Of a stretch of DNA of 64,000 bases, positions 20,074 through 29,755 are shown piece by piece. The notes beneath the pieces were generated by a model. The model was not told the origin of the DNA, did not search any database, and worked only from the letters and a program-made list of their open reading frames with translations. The stretch is from Acidobacteriota bacterium. Lineage in GTDB: Bacteria; Acidobacteriota; UBA890; WLXD01. The position numbers and the translations under genes were made by a program. The stretch is taken from assembly GCA_963666215.2 (NCBI GenBank), contig CAXWPL010000001.1, positions 576,001 through 640,000 of the forward strand, in the 5' to 3' direction. The first letter of the stretch is position 1. Each line of letters opens with the position of its first letter.

Positions 20074-22614
20074 ATGCACAAGCTCCGAAACACCCTAGGG
20101 ACCGTTGCCCTGGTAGCGGTCGTCTCCACCAGCTCTGTTGTGGCCCAGAGCAGCACGGCGTTCGTTCCCGAGGCGGCGCGCGACCAGGCATTCGAGCTGT
20201 CGATCGGCAGCATCATGCGCGCCGAGGAGAACGTCGGAGTTGCGCCGAGGCAGATTCGCTGGACCGACGACTCGGAGTGGTTGTACTTCTCCTGGCGCCC
20301 AGGCGGCATGGCCTGGGACGAAGAGCGATCGCAGTACCGCGTCCGAGCCGACGGCAGCGGTCTGGAGAAGCTCAGCACCGAGGAGGCCGACGACATCGCA
20401 CCGCTCGTCGCAGCAGGCGACCTTTCGACCGACCGGCGCTGGCGCATCTCGTCGGTGTCGGGAGATCTGTACCTGGTGGACCGGCAGTCGATGCAGGTGC
20501 GACAGCTCACCCACACCGAAGACAGCGAAGGACAACCGCTGTTTTCGGACAACGGCGAATCCGTTCTCTTCCGGAGAGCCAACAACATCTATCGACTCGA
20601 CTTGGAGAGCGGCAACCTGGCGCAGATCACCCGGATCACCAGCGGTCCCGCGCCAGAAGACGACAAAGACGCCGAAGGGCAGAGGCTCTTTCTCGAGACC
20701 CAGCAACGCGAGCTGTTCGAGCACATTCGCCGGGACGAGGCGCGCGAGGAACGACGGGAGAAGGAACGCGAGGCCCGCGAGGCCGACGAGCCCGAAACCG
20801 TGTACCTGGAGAGCGGCGAGCGCGTGCAGGGGCTGCAGAGCACGCGCGACGGCGAGTACGTGCTGCTGCGCTTGGCCAAACGTGCAACCGGCGCGACGCA
20901 GACGATCGTCCCGGATTGGGTGACGGAAGACGGCTACACGCGCGATCTGACGGTTCGCACCAAGGTCGGCGATCAACCAGGGTCGTCTCGCGTGGGCGTG
21001 CTGACAACCGCCACGGGCGAGACCACGTGGATCGATCTGGCGCCCGACACGGAAGAGCCCGAGGAGTCCGCCGAGGACGATGAGGACGATGAGGACGATG
21101 AGGACAAGGAGAACGACGCAGGCGAAGAGAGCCCGGAAACCGAAAGGAACGAGGGTAACGGCAGGACCGAGAAGCCCCCGCCGGCACCGCGCGCTTTCAG
21201 CACCGGCTGGAACGACGCCGGCACCAAAGCGTTCGTCTTTGCCGTCTCGTTCGACGACAAGGACCGCTGGCTTTGGAGCGTCGACGCCGCCACCGGTGAG
21301 CGCACGCTGCTCGATCACCTGCACGACGACTCCTGGGTAGCGGGCCCCTGCTTCGCCTTCTGCGCCGGATTCCTGCCGGATAGCGACCGCCTCTACTACG
21401 TGAGTGAGGAGTCAGGCTATGCACACCTCTACACCGTCAACGCCGACGGGTCCGATCGACAGGCGCTGACGGCCGGCGACTGGGAGGTTCTCCGCGTCTC
21501 GATTCCCGAGTCGCGCACCCACTTCCGCCTCAGCACCAACGAGGGCTCGCCGTTCAACCAGCACGAGTACGTCATGAACTTCGACGGCGGCGAGCTCACG
21601 GCCGTCACGAGTGGAGACGGCCGCCACGTTGCCACTCCGTCGCCCGACGGCGAGCGCCTCGCCCTGATCCACGACGTCGCAAACCGGCCGCCGGAACTGT
21701 ACCTGGCTGACGCCGACCTGTCGGGCATGACACGAGTTACCGACTCCCCCACGTCCGAGTGGAAGTCGTTCCCGTGGATCAAGCCGTCGATCGTGCACTT
21801 CGAGGCCGAGGACACCACGATGGTCCCGGCACGCATCTACCGCCCCGCCGACATGGGCGCGCGCGCCAATGGCGCGGCCGTCATCTTCGTGCACGGCGCT
21901 GGCTACCTGCACAACGTGCACAACTACTGGTCCTCCTACTACCGCGAGTACCAGTTCAACCAGTTCCTCGCCGCCGCGGGCTACACGGTGCTCGACGTGG
22001 ACTACCGCGGCTCGGCCGGGTACGGCGCGAAGTGGCGAACGGCGATCTATCACTGGATGGGCGGTAAGGACCTCTCCGACCAGGTCGACGGCGCCCGCTA
22101 TCTGGTGGCCAACGAAGGAATCGACGCCAAGCGCATCGGCCTCTACGGCGGGTCGTATGGTGGGTTCATCACGCTCATGGGGCTGTTCACCGCCCCCGAC
22201 ACCTTCAAGTCGGGCGCCGCGCTGCGCTCGGTTACCGACTGGGCCCACTACAACCACGGCTACACCAGCCGCATCCTCAACCAGCCGCAGGACGACGAAG
22301 AGTCTTACGAACGGTCCTCCCCCATTTACTTCGCCGAGAACTTCCGCCCCGATCAGCACCTGGTGATGCTGCACGGCATGGTCGACACCAACGTGCACTT
22401 CTCCGATGTCGTCCGGCTGGCGCAGCGCCTCATCGAGCTCGGCAAGGACAACTGGGAGATGGCCGTCTACCCGGTGGAGAGCCACGGCTTTGTGGAGCCG
22501 TCGTCGTGGACCGACGAGTACCGCCGCATCTTCGAGCTCTTCGAGCGGACCCTTCGCGAGCCCGGCTGTACCGACGACGGTAACCTGTGCTCGATCCGGC
22601 GGGGAGACGAGTGA
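20074..22614 (+). CDS. S9 family (DPP IV-like) peptidase
   Basis: Signal peptide, beta-propeller, GLYGGSYGG nucleophile elbow, HGMVDTNV, ESHGF. Confidence 0.93.
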   Translation: MHKLRNTLGTVALVAVVSTSSVVAQSSTAFVPEAARDQAFELSIGSIMRAEENVGVAPRQIRWTDDSEWLYFSWRPGGMAWDEERSQYRVRADGSGLEKLSTEEADDIAPLVAAGDLSTDRRWRISSVSGDLYLVDRQSMQVRQLTHTEDSEGQPLFSDNGESVLFRRANNIYRLDLESGNLAQITRITSGPAPEDDKDAEGQRLFLETQQRELFEHIRRDEAREERREKEREAREADEPETVYLESGERVQGLQSTRDGEYVLLRLAKRATGATQTIVPDWVTEDGYTRDLTVRTKVGDQPGSSRVGVLTTATGETTWIDLAPDTEEPEESAEDDEDDEDDEDKENDAGEESPETERNEGNGRTEKPPPAPRAFSTGWNDAGTKAFVFAVSFDDKDRWLWSVDAATGERTLLDHLHDDSWVAGPCFAFCAGFLPDSDRLYYVSEESGYAHLYTVNADGSDRQALTAGDWEVLRVSIPESRTHFRLSTNEGSPFNQHEYVMNFDGGELTAVTSGDGRHVATPSPDGERLALIHDVANRPPELYLADADLSGMTRVTDSPTSEWKSFPWIKPSIVHFEAEDTTMVPARIYRPADMGARANGAAVIFVHGAGYLHNVHNYWSSYYREYQFNQFLAAAGYTVLDVDYRGSAGYGAKWRTAIYHWMGGKDLSDQVDGARYLVANEGIDAKRIGLYGGSYGGFITLMGLFTAPDTFKSGAALRSVTDWAHYNHGYTSRILNQPQDDEESYERSSPIYFAENFRPDQHLVMLHGMVDTNVHFSDVVRLAQRLIELGKDNWEMAVYPVESHGFVEPSSWTDEYRRIFELFERTLREPGCTDDGNLCSIRRGDE
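21073..21105 (+). repeat. 9-bp tandem repeat (GAGGACGAT x3.7) encoding an acidic linker
   Basis: Directly visible; encodes EDDEDDEDDED. Confidence 0.85.
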
Positions 22615-24542
22615 CCCGGAGCCGCGCCTCCCGAGCAGCTCTCGTCACCCTGCTGCTCGTAACCGGTACAGGCATCGACGGCACCCGTGCCTGGGCTCAG
22701 CAAAGTGAGCGTCCCCCAGACGAGGGCCAGCGCGCCCGTTTTTCTTCGGAAGTGGCGCTCGTTCGGATCAACGCAGCCGTGGTCGCCGAGCAGGGTGCGG
22801 ATCTCGAAGCGCTGTCGGCCGACGATTTCGTACTGACCGTCGACGGGCGCGAGCAGTTCATCAGCGTCTTCCAGCGCGGCTCCGACAGCGCCCTCGATAT
22901 CGCGCTGCTATTCGACACCAGCGAGTCGGTGCGCAGCGCCCTCAGCCAGGCCAAGAGCGCCACCCGCGAGTTTCTTCGAACGTTGCGCCCGGCAGACTGC
23001 GTCTTTCTTCTGCCATTCGCCGACCAGGTGGGAGACGGCATGTGGGGAAGGCCCAGCGACGACGGGCTCGACCACATGCTTTCTGGCCTCAAAGCTGAGG
23101 GAAGAACATCGCTCTACGACGCACTCACTCGGTCGTTCGCCGTCCTCAGCGCACGAAGCGCCAAGGCTCGAGCCGGCCTGGTTTCCGCCAACTGCGCCGA
23201 CCCGGTCGCGCCAGATGCCACCGCGTCTACTCCCCTACTGACAGAAGTATCCGAAGCCGCCGAGCCGCGACTCGCCGTAACGGTTGTGGTAACCGACGGC
23301 AACGACGAAACAAGTGGCATCTCGCTTGCCGACACTGTGCTCGCCGCCTGGGACAGCCGAATTCCTGTATTCCCTGTTGCCGTGGGCGCCGCCAATCCGT
23401 CGGCCGTGATGGCGCGGGCCAGCATGTTCCCCGGCAGGGCGCGCTCGTTGGTGCCCCTGAGCCATCGGCTCGAGCAGCGCCTCAACATCCTGGCCGAGCT
23501 CACCGGCGGAACGCTGGTGGCACGCGCCGAGTGGAGCCGGCTCGCCGACGCGTACCAACAGATGGTCGCTTCCGTCCGAGGGTCCTATCTGCTCGGGTTC
23601 AGCGAGAACGTCGATCATGGTTTTCGAGATGACCAAGGTCGATCATCGAGGTGGCGGGCCGTGCGCATCACCTCGAAGCGCGAAGGTGTTCGGGTGGTTC
23701 ACCCACCTGGTTACCTGAGCGGCCAGGGCGACAATGTCGCATGGAATCGGGGAGCCACCACGGACGGCGTCACCGGGTTTTCGACAGAGGTCGATACCGC
23801 GACAATCGCTGCCGCCGCGTCCTCCGCTCCCGACGACTGGGAGATGCAGTGGCTCAGCGCGCGCCTGCTCTTCGAAAGAGGCGAGGCCGCGCAGTCCTTG
23901 CCACCACTCGAACGAGCGCAACAACTGCGTCCATGGGTAGGCGCCATCGACCAGCAGCTTGCACGGGTACACTACGAGCTGGGCAACTCGGGCCAGGTGT
24001 GGAACGCCATCATTCGCGCGCTAGCGCGTGGCTCCGATGTCGGCGACCTTTATCGGAGTCTGATGCAGGAGACCACGCCGCCGGAACGCCTCGATTGGCG
24101 CCTCCGTGCGCCGCGGGTGTTCGTCACGCGAAGCGGGGACCCACGCGCTTTCGTCGCCGAAACCGTCTCGCGCGCATTCAGCGAAATGCTGCGCAGGCTC
24201 GCCGTGTCACCGAACTTGATCCTCGTCGAAGACGCCACCGTTGCCACGCATACCATCGTCTTCGCGGTGGCTGAAGAAGCGCGTGAACAGGCGACCGCTA
24301 CCGATCACCCTGCCCGTGCCACTGGGCCGGCGGTCACCGACACCAGGCTGTACTACACGGGGCGCCTCGTAATTCTCGACGCCAATCGAAAGGAGCAGGA
24401 GACCTTCGACTTCGAAGCCGAAGCACCGGGCTCGGACCCAACGCGACTAACCGACCGCGCAGTCCCAGCGTTCGAAACGCTTGATCGGTGGTTCGCTCAA
24501 GTTGACCGCGGAAGAATCGCCATGCCCCACCGCGATCTCTAG
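22611..24542 (+). CDS. VWA-domain protein (acidobacterial VWFA-related type) with TPR region
   Basis: FSSEVALV start, MIDAS DTSES, TSLYDA, VTDGND, AELTGG, then TPR-like helices. Confidence 0.82.
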   Translation: MTRSRASRAALVTLLLVTGTGIDGTRAWAQQSERPPDEGQRARFSSEVALVRINAAVVAEQGADLEALSADDFVLTVDGREQFISVFQRGSDSALDIALLFDTSESVRSALSQAKSATREFLRTLRPADCVFLLPFADQVGDGMWGRPSDDGLDHMLSGLKAEGRTSLYDALTRSFAVLSARSAKARAGLVSANCADPVAPDATASTPLLTEVSEAAEPRLAVTVVVTDGNDETSGISLADTVLAAWDSRIPVFPVAVGAANPSAVMARASMFPGRARSLVPLSHRLEQRLNILAELTGGTLVARAEWSRLADAYQQMVASVRGSYLLGFSENVDHGFRDDQGRSSRWRAVRITSKREGVRVVHPPGYLSGQGDNVAWNRGATTDGVTGFSTEVDTATIAAAASSAPDDWEMQWLSARLLFERGEAAQSLPPLERAQQLRPWVGAIDQQLARVHYELGNSGQVWNAIIRALARGSDVGDLYRSLMQETTPPERLDWRLRAPRVFVTRSGDPRAFVAETVSRAFSEMLRRLAVSPNLILVEDATVATHTIVFAVAEEAREQATATDHPARATGPAVTDTRLYYTGRLVILDANRKEQETFDFEAEAPGSDPTRLTDRAVPAFETLDRWFAQVDRGRIAMPHRDL

Positions 24543-24593
24543 CGAGTGTCGGCGGCCGCTGAGCTCCGACCGCCGAACGGATTCATCGCGCGA

Positions 24594-24957
24594 TCACGAT
24601 TCCGCGGGCGATCCAGGGCCTAGCCGCGCGATCAAACATGTCACCACCAAGACCACCACAACGCTCGAAGCGACGATCCCCATCGCAACGGGGCGGGCGA
24701 ACTCCATGGGGAGAGTCAGCCAAGCCACCGAGGAACCGAGCCCGGCGAGCGTGAACGTCCAGCCGCCGAACCGCCGGTAGGCCTGCGCCCGCGCCGGGTC
24801 GAACTTCTCGCACGCGAGTGGCCTGAGCGTTTTAGGAATCACGTTGCCGAAAATCGCCAGAACGATTCCGTTCGCGGCGCCCATTAGCCGCAGCGGCGAG
24901 ACTCCACGCCAGGCCCAAAATGCAGCCAGCCATGAGCAATGCACGCTTGATCGTCAT
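24594..24957 (-). pseudogene. SdpI-like small membrane protein, disrupted near 24890
   Basis: MTIKRALLMAGCILGLAWSLAA in one frame and RLMGAANGIVLAIFGNVIPK...RRFGGWTFTLAGL in another; coupled to the sdpR stop. Confidence 0.6.
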
Positions 24958-25274
24958 CCTGTTGCCTCCTCGTTTCCGCTTCCATCGGCCGGGACGAGGG
25001 TCCCGTCCGGCTTGATCGCCAATCCAAAGACTTGCGCGAAGCCCATGAGGGCCTCCTCGAGCACCGACATTTTCAGTCGATACGTAATGGTTGTGCCCTG
25101 CTTGTCGGCATCGACCAGCTCGGCTTCCCGCAGCACCGCGAAATGCGCCGACATCGTTGGCTTGGAAACCGTGAAGTGATCGGCCAGCTCCCCTGCCGTC
25201 ATCGGCCTTTGCCGCAACAACTGGAGGACCCGGCGGCGGGTTGGATCGGAGAGGGCCTTGAAGACTTTGTTCAC
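24954..25274 (-). CDS. sdpR: ArsR/SdpR-family autorepressor
   Basis: VFKALSDPTRRRVL...MTAGELADHF..SKPTMSAHFAVLREAELV...TTITYRLKMSVLEE. Confidence 0.85.
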   Translation of the reverse strand: MNKVFKALSDPTRRRVLQLLRQRPMTAGELADHFTVSKPTMSAHFAVLREAELVDADKQGTTITYRLKMSVLEEALMGFAQVFGLAIKPDGTLVPADGSGNEEATG

Positions 25275-25328
25275 AAGCTCGAGCCCGACCGGGCCGCGTC
25301 GTCTCACAGCACCCACGATTCCGCACAT
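25275..25328 (-). pseudogene. N-terminal remnant of a class II glutamine amidotransferase (AsnB/GlmS-type), fused in frame to sdpR
   Basis: MCGIVGAVRRRGPV with a GGAG RBS; MCGI is the Ntn-amidotransferase N-terminus. Confidence 0.6.
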
Positions 25329-25487
25329 GCGTGTGTCTCCAGGATCTCGCGGAGGTCATGGGATGCGAGGGGAAGCTCCGCTAGTGAGGCTCCGCGATGG
25401 TAGTCGAATGCGCGGTGGAGCGGCGGGTTGACCCTGGGTGTGGCGGAGGCGCGCCGGCAATACCAAGAAGAGACTCAGCCGGCCCCT

Positions 25488-26600
25488 CTAGCCAGTCGAG
25501 AAGAACATCCGCCGCACCCCAATCGTCAGCAGCGGCAGTGCGAACAGCGCCAAGAACCCGTAGGCCATCGCCGTGTAACCCTGCGCCACCAGAGCGATGA
25601 GCCCCAGCTGCGACAGGATCGCCGCGGCAACGAGAAAACCTACGGTGATCGCCGCGCTCTGGCTGGGGCTGAGCTCAGCGCCGCCGGCTTCCACGCGGTT
25701 GACCGAGATCCGATCGATGATCGCGTGGATCATGCCGACGCTGGTTTCGACCAGAGTCCAGAGGACGACCACGGCGTAGAACGCAACCAGCCCGCTGCCG
25801 CCAGCGCGCCGCAGCATCACCAGCCAGGGAACGTTGGCGCCAAGCACGTCGGGGTCGGGATAGAAGCCGAGAACCGCGAGATAGGTGAGCGTGAACGGGA
25901 TGGTCGACAGAAGTCCAGTGATCACACCGGCCCACAACGCCTCGCGCCGCTCGGTTTGGCGATCGAGCACGAAGAGCACGCTCGGTATCCCGGCGAGGTT
26001 GTAGCCGGCATAAAGAATGCCGGTGAATATCAGCGTGCTCAGCGGGATGGTCTCGGCGAAGTACGAGGTGTCGCTGGTGGCGAACGTGCGCTCGACGTTG
26101 CCCCAGGTTTGTGAAAGCACCAGGCCGGCAAAGAGCACGTAGCCGAGGTAGAGCAGGACGGAACCGATCGTCTTGAAGCGCTCGATGACCTGGCGGCCGG
26201 CGGCGTTGATGGCGCCCACCATGGCGATCACTGCCGCGATTCCCACCCAGTAGGGCAGTCCAAGAACCTCAACGAAGACGTTGCCCGAGGCGGCACTCAC
26301 AACGGCGATGACCACCACCACCATGACGACGTACAGCACGTCGAACAGCGGCCACAGCGGCCCCACGAGCTCGCGCACGAAGGTCCGGTAATCGTAGCGC
26401 TTGGTCACGCGGGCAAACTCGTAGGCGAGCGCAGTGATGAGCGTGAACCCGGCTCCGAGCGCGAGGATGCTCCAAATTCCGGCGGCGCCGAATTTGGCGC
26501 CGTACTCGACGATCTCGCGACCGGTGGCGTACGCACCTCCAATCAGAACCGATTGGAAGACGATGCCGGGCAGGACATAACGCTGGAAGCGACTACCCAT
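25488..26600 (-). CDS. YkvI-like membrane protein
   Basis: VLIGGAYATGREIVEY motif and about 10 TM helices. Confidence 0.82.
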   Translation of the reverse strand: MGSRFQRYVLPGIVFQSVLIGGAYATGREIVEYGAKFGAAGIWSILALGAGFTLITALAYEFARVTKRYDYRTFVRELVGPLWPLFDVLYVVMVVVVIAVVSAASGNVFVEVLGLPYWVGIAAVIAMVGAINAAGRQVIERFKTIGSVLLYLGYVLFAGLVLSQTWGNVERTFATSDTSYFAETIPLSTLIFTGILYAGYNLAGIPSVLFVLDRQTERREALWAGVITGLLSTIPFTLTYLAVLGFYPDPDVLGANVPWLVMLRRAGGSGLVAFYAVVVLWTLVETSVGMIHAIIDRISVNRVEAGGAELSPSQSAAITVGFLVAAAILSQLGLIALVAQGYTAMAYGFLALFALPLLTIGVRRMFFSTG

Positions 26601-26615
26601 GTTCGCGCCCGCCAC

Positions 26616-27377
26616 CTACATCACACCGGCGCGGAGACGATAGCTGGCGGACCCGGACCAGTGTCCGACCTTGAAGAACGCCTTCTCCCCGGCCTTCAGG
26701 TGCATGGTCACCGATTCGCTTCCGGAATTGCCTTGCAGGTCCTGATCGGAGCGGTGGACGTAGTCGCCGAAATCGCCGTCGGCGTAGGCCTCGAGGTAAA
26801 CATCGTCCTCGCCCTCGGTGATGACGGTCACGACGATGTCGGCGGTCGCTTCGAGGACGTACCAGTCGGCGGTGTCACCTGTGGCGGTGTCGAGGCTGTC
26901 CTCGTGGGGTGTGCCCGGCGTCAGTGTCATCGCGTCGTTCGGCGAGCCGTCCGGGTCGGGAGGGAGCTCGATGCCAGGAACGGGGAGCCACGCCGCGCCA
27001 ATCTCGAAGTCGCCGCCGTCGCCACCGAACGACGCGACCTCCACCGTGTACTCGCCAGCGCGCCGAATGAGGACGGAAAGCCTCTCCGTACCAGGATTGC
27101 CGAACAGATCGCGGTCTGCGTGCCCCTCCTCGACCGCCTGACCGAACTCGTCGTTCACGGTAATCGAGATGTCGATCGACTCGGCGAGCGCCATCAACGC
27201 GAGGTGTCCGCCAGAAGGCGCTACAAAACGAAACGTCGCGGCCTCGCCGCCGGCGACGTGGGCGGGTGCCATCTCACCCATCGGCAAGTCTGACTGCGCC
27301 AGCGGGGTGGCTACACCCGCGACCGAGAGGATCGTTGTCGACAGGACGACCGACAGAAGGGTTCTGACCTTACCCAC
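26616..27377 (-). CDS. Secreted protein with two PPC-like (pre-peptidase C-terminal) beta-sandwich domains
   Basis: Signal peptide; repeated D.D..GN.G.E and GEYTVEV / DTADWY motifs; GGAGG RBS. Confidence 0.7.
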   Translation of the reverse strand: MGKVRTLLSVVLSTTILSVAGVATPLAQSDLPMGEMAPAHVAGGEAATFRFVAPSGGHLALMALAESIDISITVNDEFGQAVEEGHADRDLFGNPGTERLSVLIRRAGEYTVEVASFGGDGGDFEIGAAWLPVPGIELPPDPDGSPNDAMTLTPGTPHEDSLDTATGDTADWYVLEATADIVVTVITEGEDDVYLEAYADGDFGDYVHRSDQDLQGNSGSESVTMHLKAGEKAFFKVGHWSGSASYRLRAGVM

Positions 27378-27547
27378 GTGCACCTCCGGGGATCGAGCGA
27401 CAGGAATCGGTGCGGCGATCCTAGCCGATGACCTGGCTGGCGACAGGATGAGACAAACTGAAAAGATCGCCGGCCGACGGTCGATGAGGCTGGTCCTCCG
27501 ACGACAACGCCCAAGCTACGGCGCGCCGCACCGGCCACAACAGCCGG

Positions 27548-29560
27548 CTAGTTCAATCGCCAGAGGCTTTGGCTCGGCATCTGCGGGTTGCGCAGCAGAA
27601 GCGTCCCCCGCGTCTGCAAGTAGCCGACCACCAGTCCGCGCTCGCGCGGCGGCAAGCCGCCGCCGCCAACGCCGAACGTCAGCGCCTCGTCGATCATCAA
27701 ATGCGTCGCGCCGCGCTCGCGGAAGAATCTCTCGACGTCGAGCGGGGTGCTGGCACGCTCGAGCGCGTTTCCCAGGCTGTACTGCTGGAAAACGTAGTCG
27801 GCGCTCCAGTTGCGCGGAACGCCGGCACGCTCGTCGTCCTCCAGCGCGCTGTTGTCCGCGAGAGAAGGGGCCTCGAACAAGTAGCCGAAGTTGCGCATGT
27901 TGACCAGGTAGACACGCTCACCCACGCGCAGCACGCGGTTCGCCTCTGCGTAGAGCGGGTAACCGGCCACGCGGCGGGTGAGGTACTGCTCACGGGACTC
28001 CTCACCCGCCCAATAGGCCACCGGATCGGCACTCAGCACGTGACGCGCGGCAACGCCGACGTTGACGACGACTGCCAAGAGGAGGAGCGGCACGAGCCAG
28101 CGGCCGGTCTTCGGCACCGCGGCAGCGATGGCCAGCAGCACGGCCGCGGCCGGCAGGGCCGGAAGAAGAAATCGAACCTGTGTCGTCGTGATCGCCCAGT
28201 AGAAGAGGAAGGTAATCGCGAAGCCGCTGAGCCAGCCCACAACCGCGGGGCGATCGCGCCGTATCAGAGCCAGAGGACTGAGCAGGAAGACCGGCCCGAT
28301 GACGCCATCGAACGCTGTCAGGTCATCGAATCGGGCGGTCACGAAGACCTGCAGCGCCGCTAGCGCGCGATCGAGGAAGGTGCGGTCGGCGAGGGCTCCA
28401 TACTGCTGCAGCCAAACCATCAGCAACGAGGCGCGGTCGGCGTCCCAGTTGAGGCCGGCGGCGAGCTCCGACCCGAAGGGGCCGGCGGCGAACGGATAGA
28501 GCGGCCAGCCGGTGATCCACCAGTTGCGCACCAGGTAGGGTGCCACGACGAGTGCCCCGAGCACCGGGACGACGAACGCCCCCCAAGGGATCGGTTGCGA
28601 GTCTCCGGCCGATGTATCTGATTTGCCCGACTTTTCCGATCGGGGCGAGCCAGCCGGATCGTGCGTGCCGCTCGAGGCGCGCCCAGCCCGCAGCCGCTCA
28701 ATGAGCGACACCAGAGCGAGCAACAGTACGAGCTGCAGCCCGGTGTACTTGGTCGTCCACGCGGCCCCCGCGAGCAACCCCGCCAGCGCCGTCCAGCGAA
28801 GCGCTCCGGATTCGTCTCCGGCCCGAGCCGCATGCACACTGGTCCAGGTCACCATGAGCGCAACAGTGGCGTAGCAGGTGAACGCCAGATCAACGTATGC
28901 CCACGACGATAGGACGACGACACTCGGGATCGTCAGGAAGAGCCCCGCCGCTAACAGCGCCAGCCGCCTGGGTACCCATTCACGGACAAACCCGAAGATC
29001 GCCAGACCCGTCAACACTCCGAACAGCGCGTGAAAAAGACGCGCCGCAACTTCGCCGCCAACCCCGAGGCCGAAGGCGAAGAGCATGTCCGTTCCAAGTG
29101 GAAAGTGAACGAAGATGTTGTCGGGCATGAACGGCAGGTGGCCGGCGGCGAGAATCTGTCGCGGGATCTCCAAGTGGTAGATCAGCTCGTCGATTGCCGT
29201 CGGTGGAAGCGTGGCCACGAGCACAACCAGCACGGATTGCAGCGCGGCCCCCACCAGGGCGAACTTCGCTGCCGATCCGTCCAACAAGGCCCGCCGCGCT
29301 CGTTGGACCAGCTGCGTGAGATCCGCCGAAAATCGATCGCCCCGCAAGGCGCTGACGGCTACCACGGCGATCAAGAACAACAGGAGCACAACGGTACCCG
29401 CGCGGGTGGCCAAACCGCACATCGCCATCACGAAGAGGGCGTAGGAGATCACCAGGAGGCCGAGCGACGCATCAACCGCGACCGCCAGCGCCGGATGGTC
29501 GAACTGCCACCAGCGACGGCGCACGCGGCCGCCGATCGCTGCGGCGGCCAGGAACGTCAC
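27548..29560 (-). CDS. Polytopic GT-C-like (ArnT/PMT-type) membrane glycosyltransferase; true start uncertain
   Basis: PPTAIDELIYHL, AYVDLA, TKYTG and PYLVRN motifs; many TM helices. Confidence 0.75.
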   Translation of the reverse strand: MTFLAAAAIGGRVRRRWWQFDHPALAVAVDASLGLLVISYALFVMAMCGLATRAGTVVLLLFLIAVVAVSALRGDRFSADLTQLVQRARRALLDGSAAKFALVGAALQSVLVVLVATLPPTAIDELIYHLEIPRQILAAGHLPFMPDNIFVHFPLGTDMLFAFGLGVGGEVAARLFHALFGVLTGLAIFGFVREWVPRRLALLAAGLFLTIPSVVVLSSWAYVDLAFTCYATVALMVTWTSVHAARAGDESGALRWTALAGLLAGAAWTTKYTGLQLVLLLALVSLIERLRAGRASSGTHDPAGSPRSEKSGKSDTSAGDSQPIPWGAFVVPVLGALVVAPYLVRNWWITGWPLYPFAAGPFGSELAAGLNWDADRASLLMVWLQQYGALADRTFLDRALAALQVFVTARFDDLTAFDGVIGPVFLLSPLALIRRDRPAVVGWLSGFAITFLFYWAITTTQVRFLLPALPAAAVLLAIAAAVPKTGRWLVPLLLLAVVVNVGVAARHVLSADPVAYWAGEESREQYLTRRVAGYPLYAEANRVLRVGERVYLVNMRNFGYLFEAPSLADNSALEDDERAGVPRNWSADYVFQQYSLGNALERASTPLDVERFFRERGATHLMIDEALTFGVGGGGLPPRERGLVVGYLQTRGTLLLRNPQMPSQSLWRLN

Positions 29561-29755
29561 CCCGACTTGGATCAGCGCGATGGCGGTCAGCTGGACCTCT
29601 CCGGATCGTCTCGAAACGTGGCGAAGCGAGCGCCCCCAGAGTATCGTCCAAGTGTGTCGTTGGCTGACGCCGTCACCACGACCTCAGCCGCATGTACCCT
29701 ATGCGCCCTTCGCCGCCAGCCTCGACAGCACCCTGAAAGCCCTGAGGACCCGCCC

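Noticed and set aside
21073-21105. GAGGACGAT tandem repeat (and GCAGGGCTG at 59042) as contingency loci
   Set aside because: The 9-bp units keep the frame and lie in linkers or loops; ordinary slippage.
29030-29755. Long N-terminal extensions in the ORF track (also 6519-6818, 12753-12917, 19762-20073)
   Set aside because: They overlap neighbouring genes or intergenic DNA; RBS and signal-peptide positions indicate later starts.
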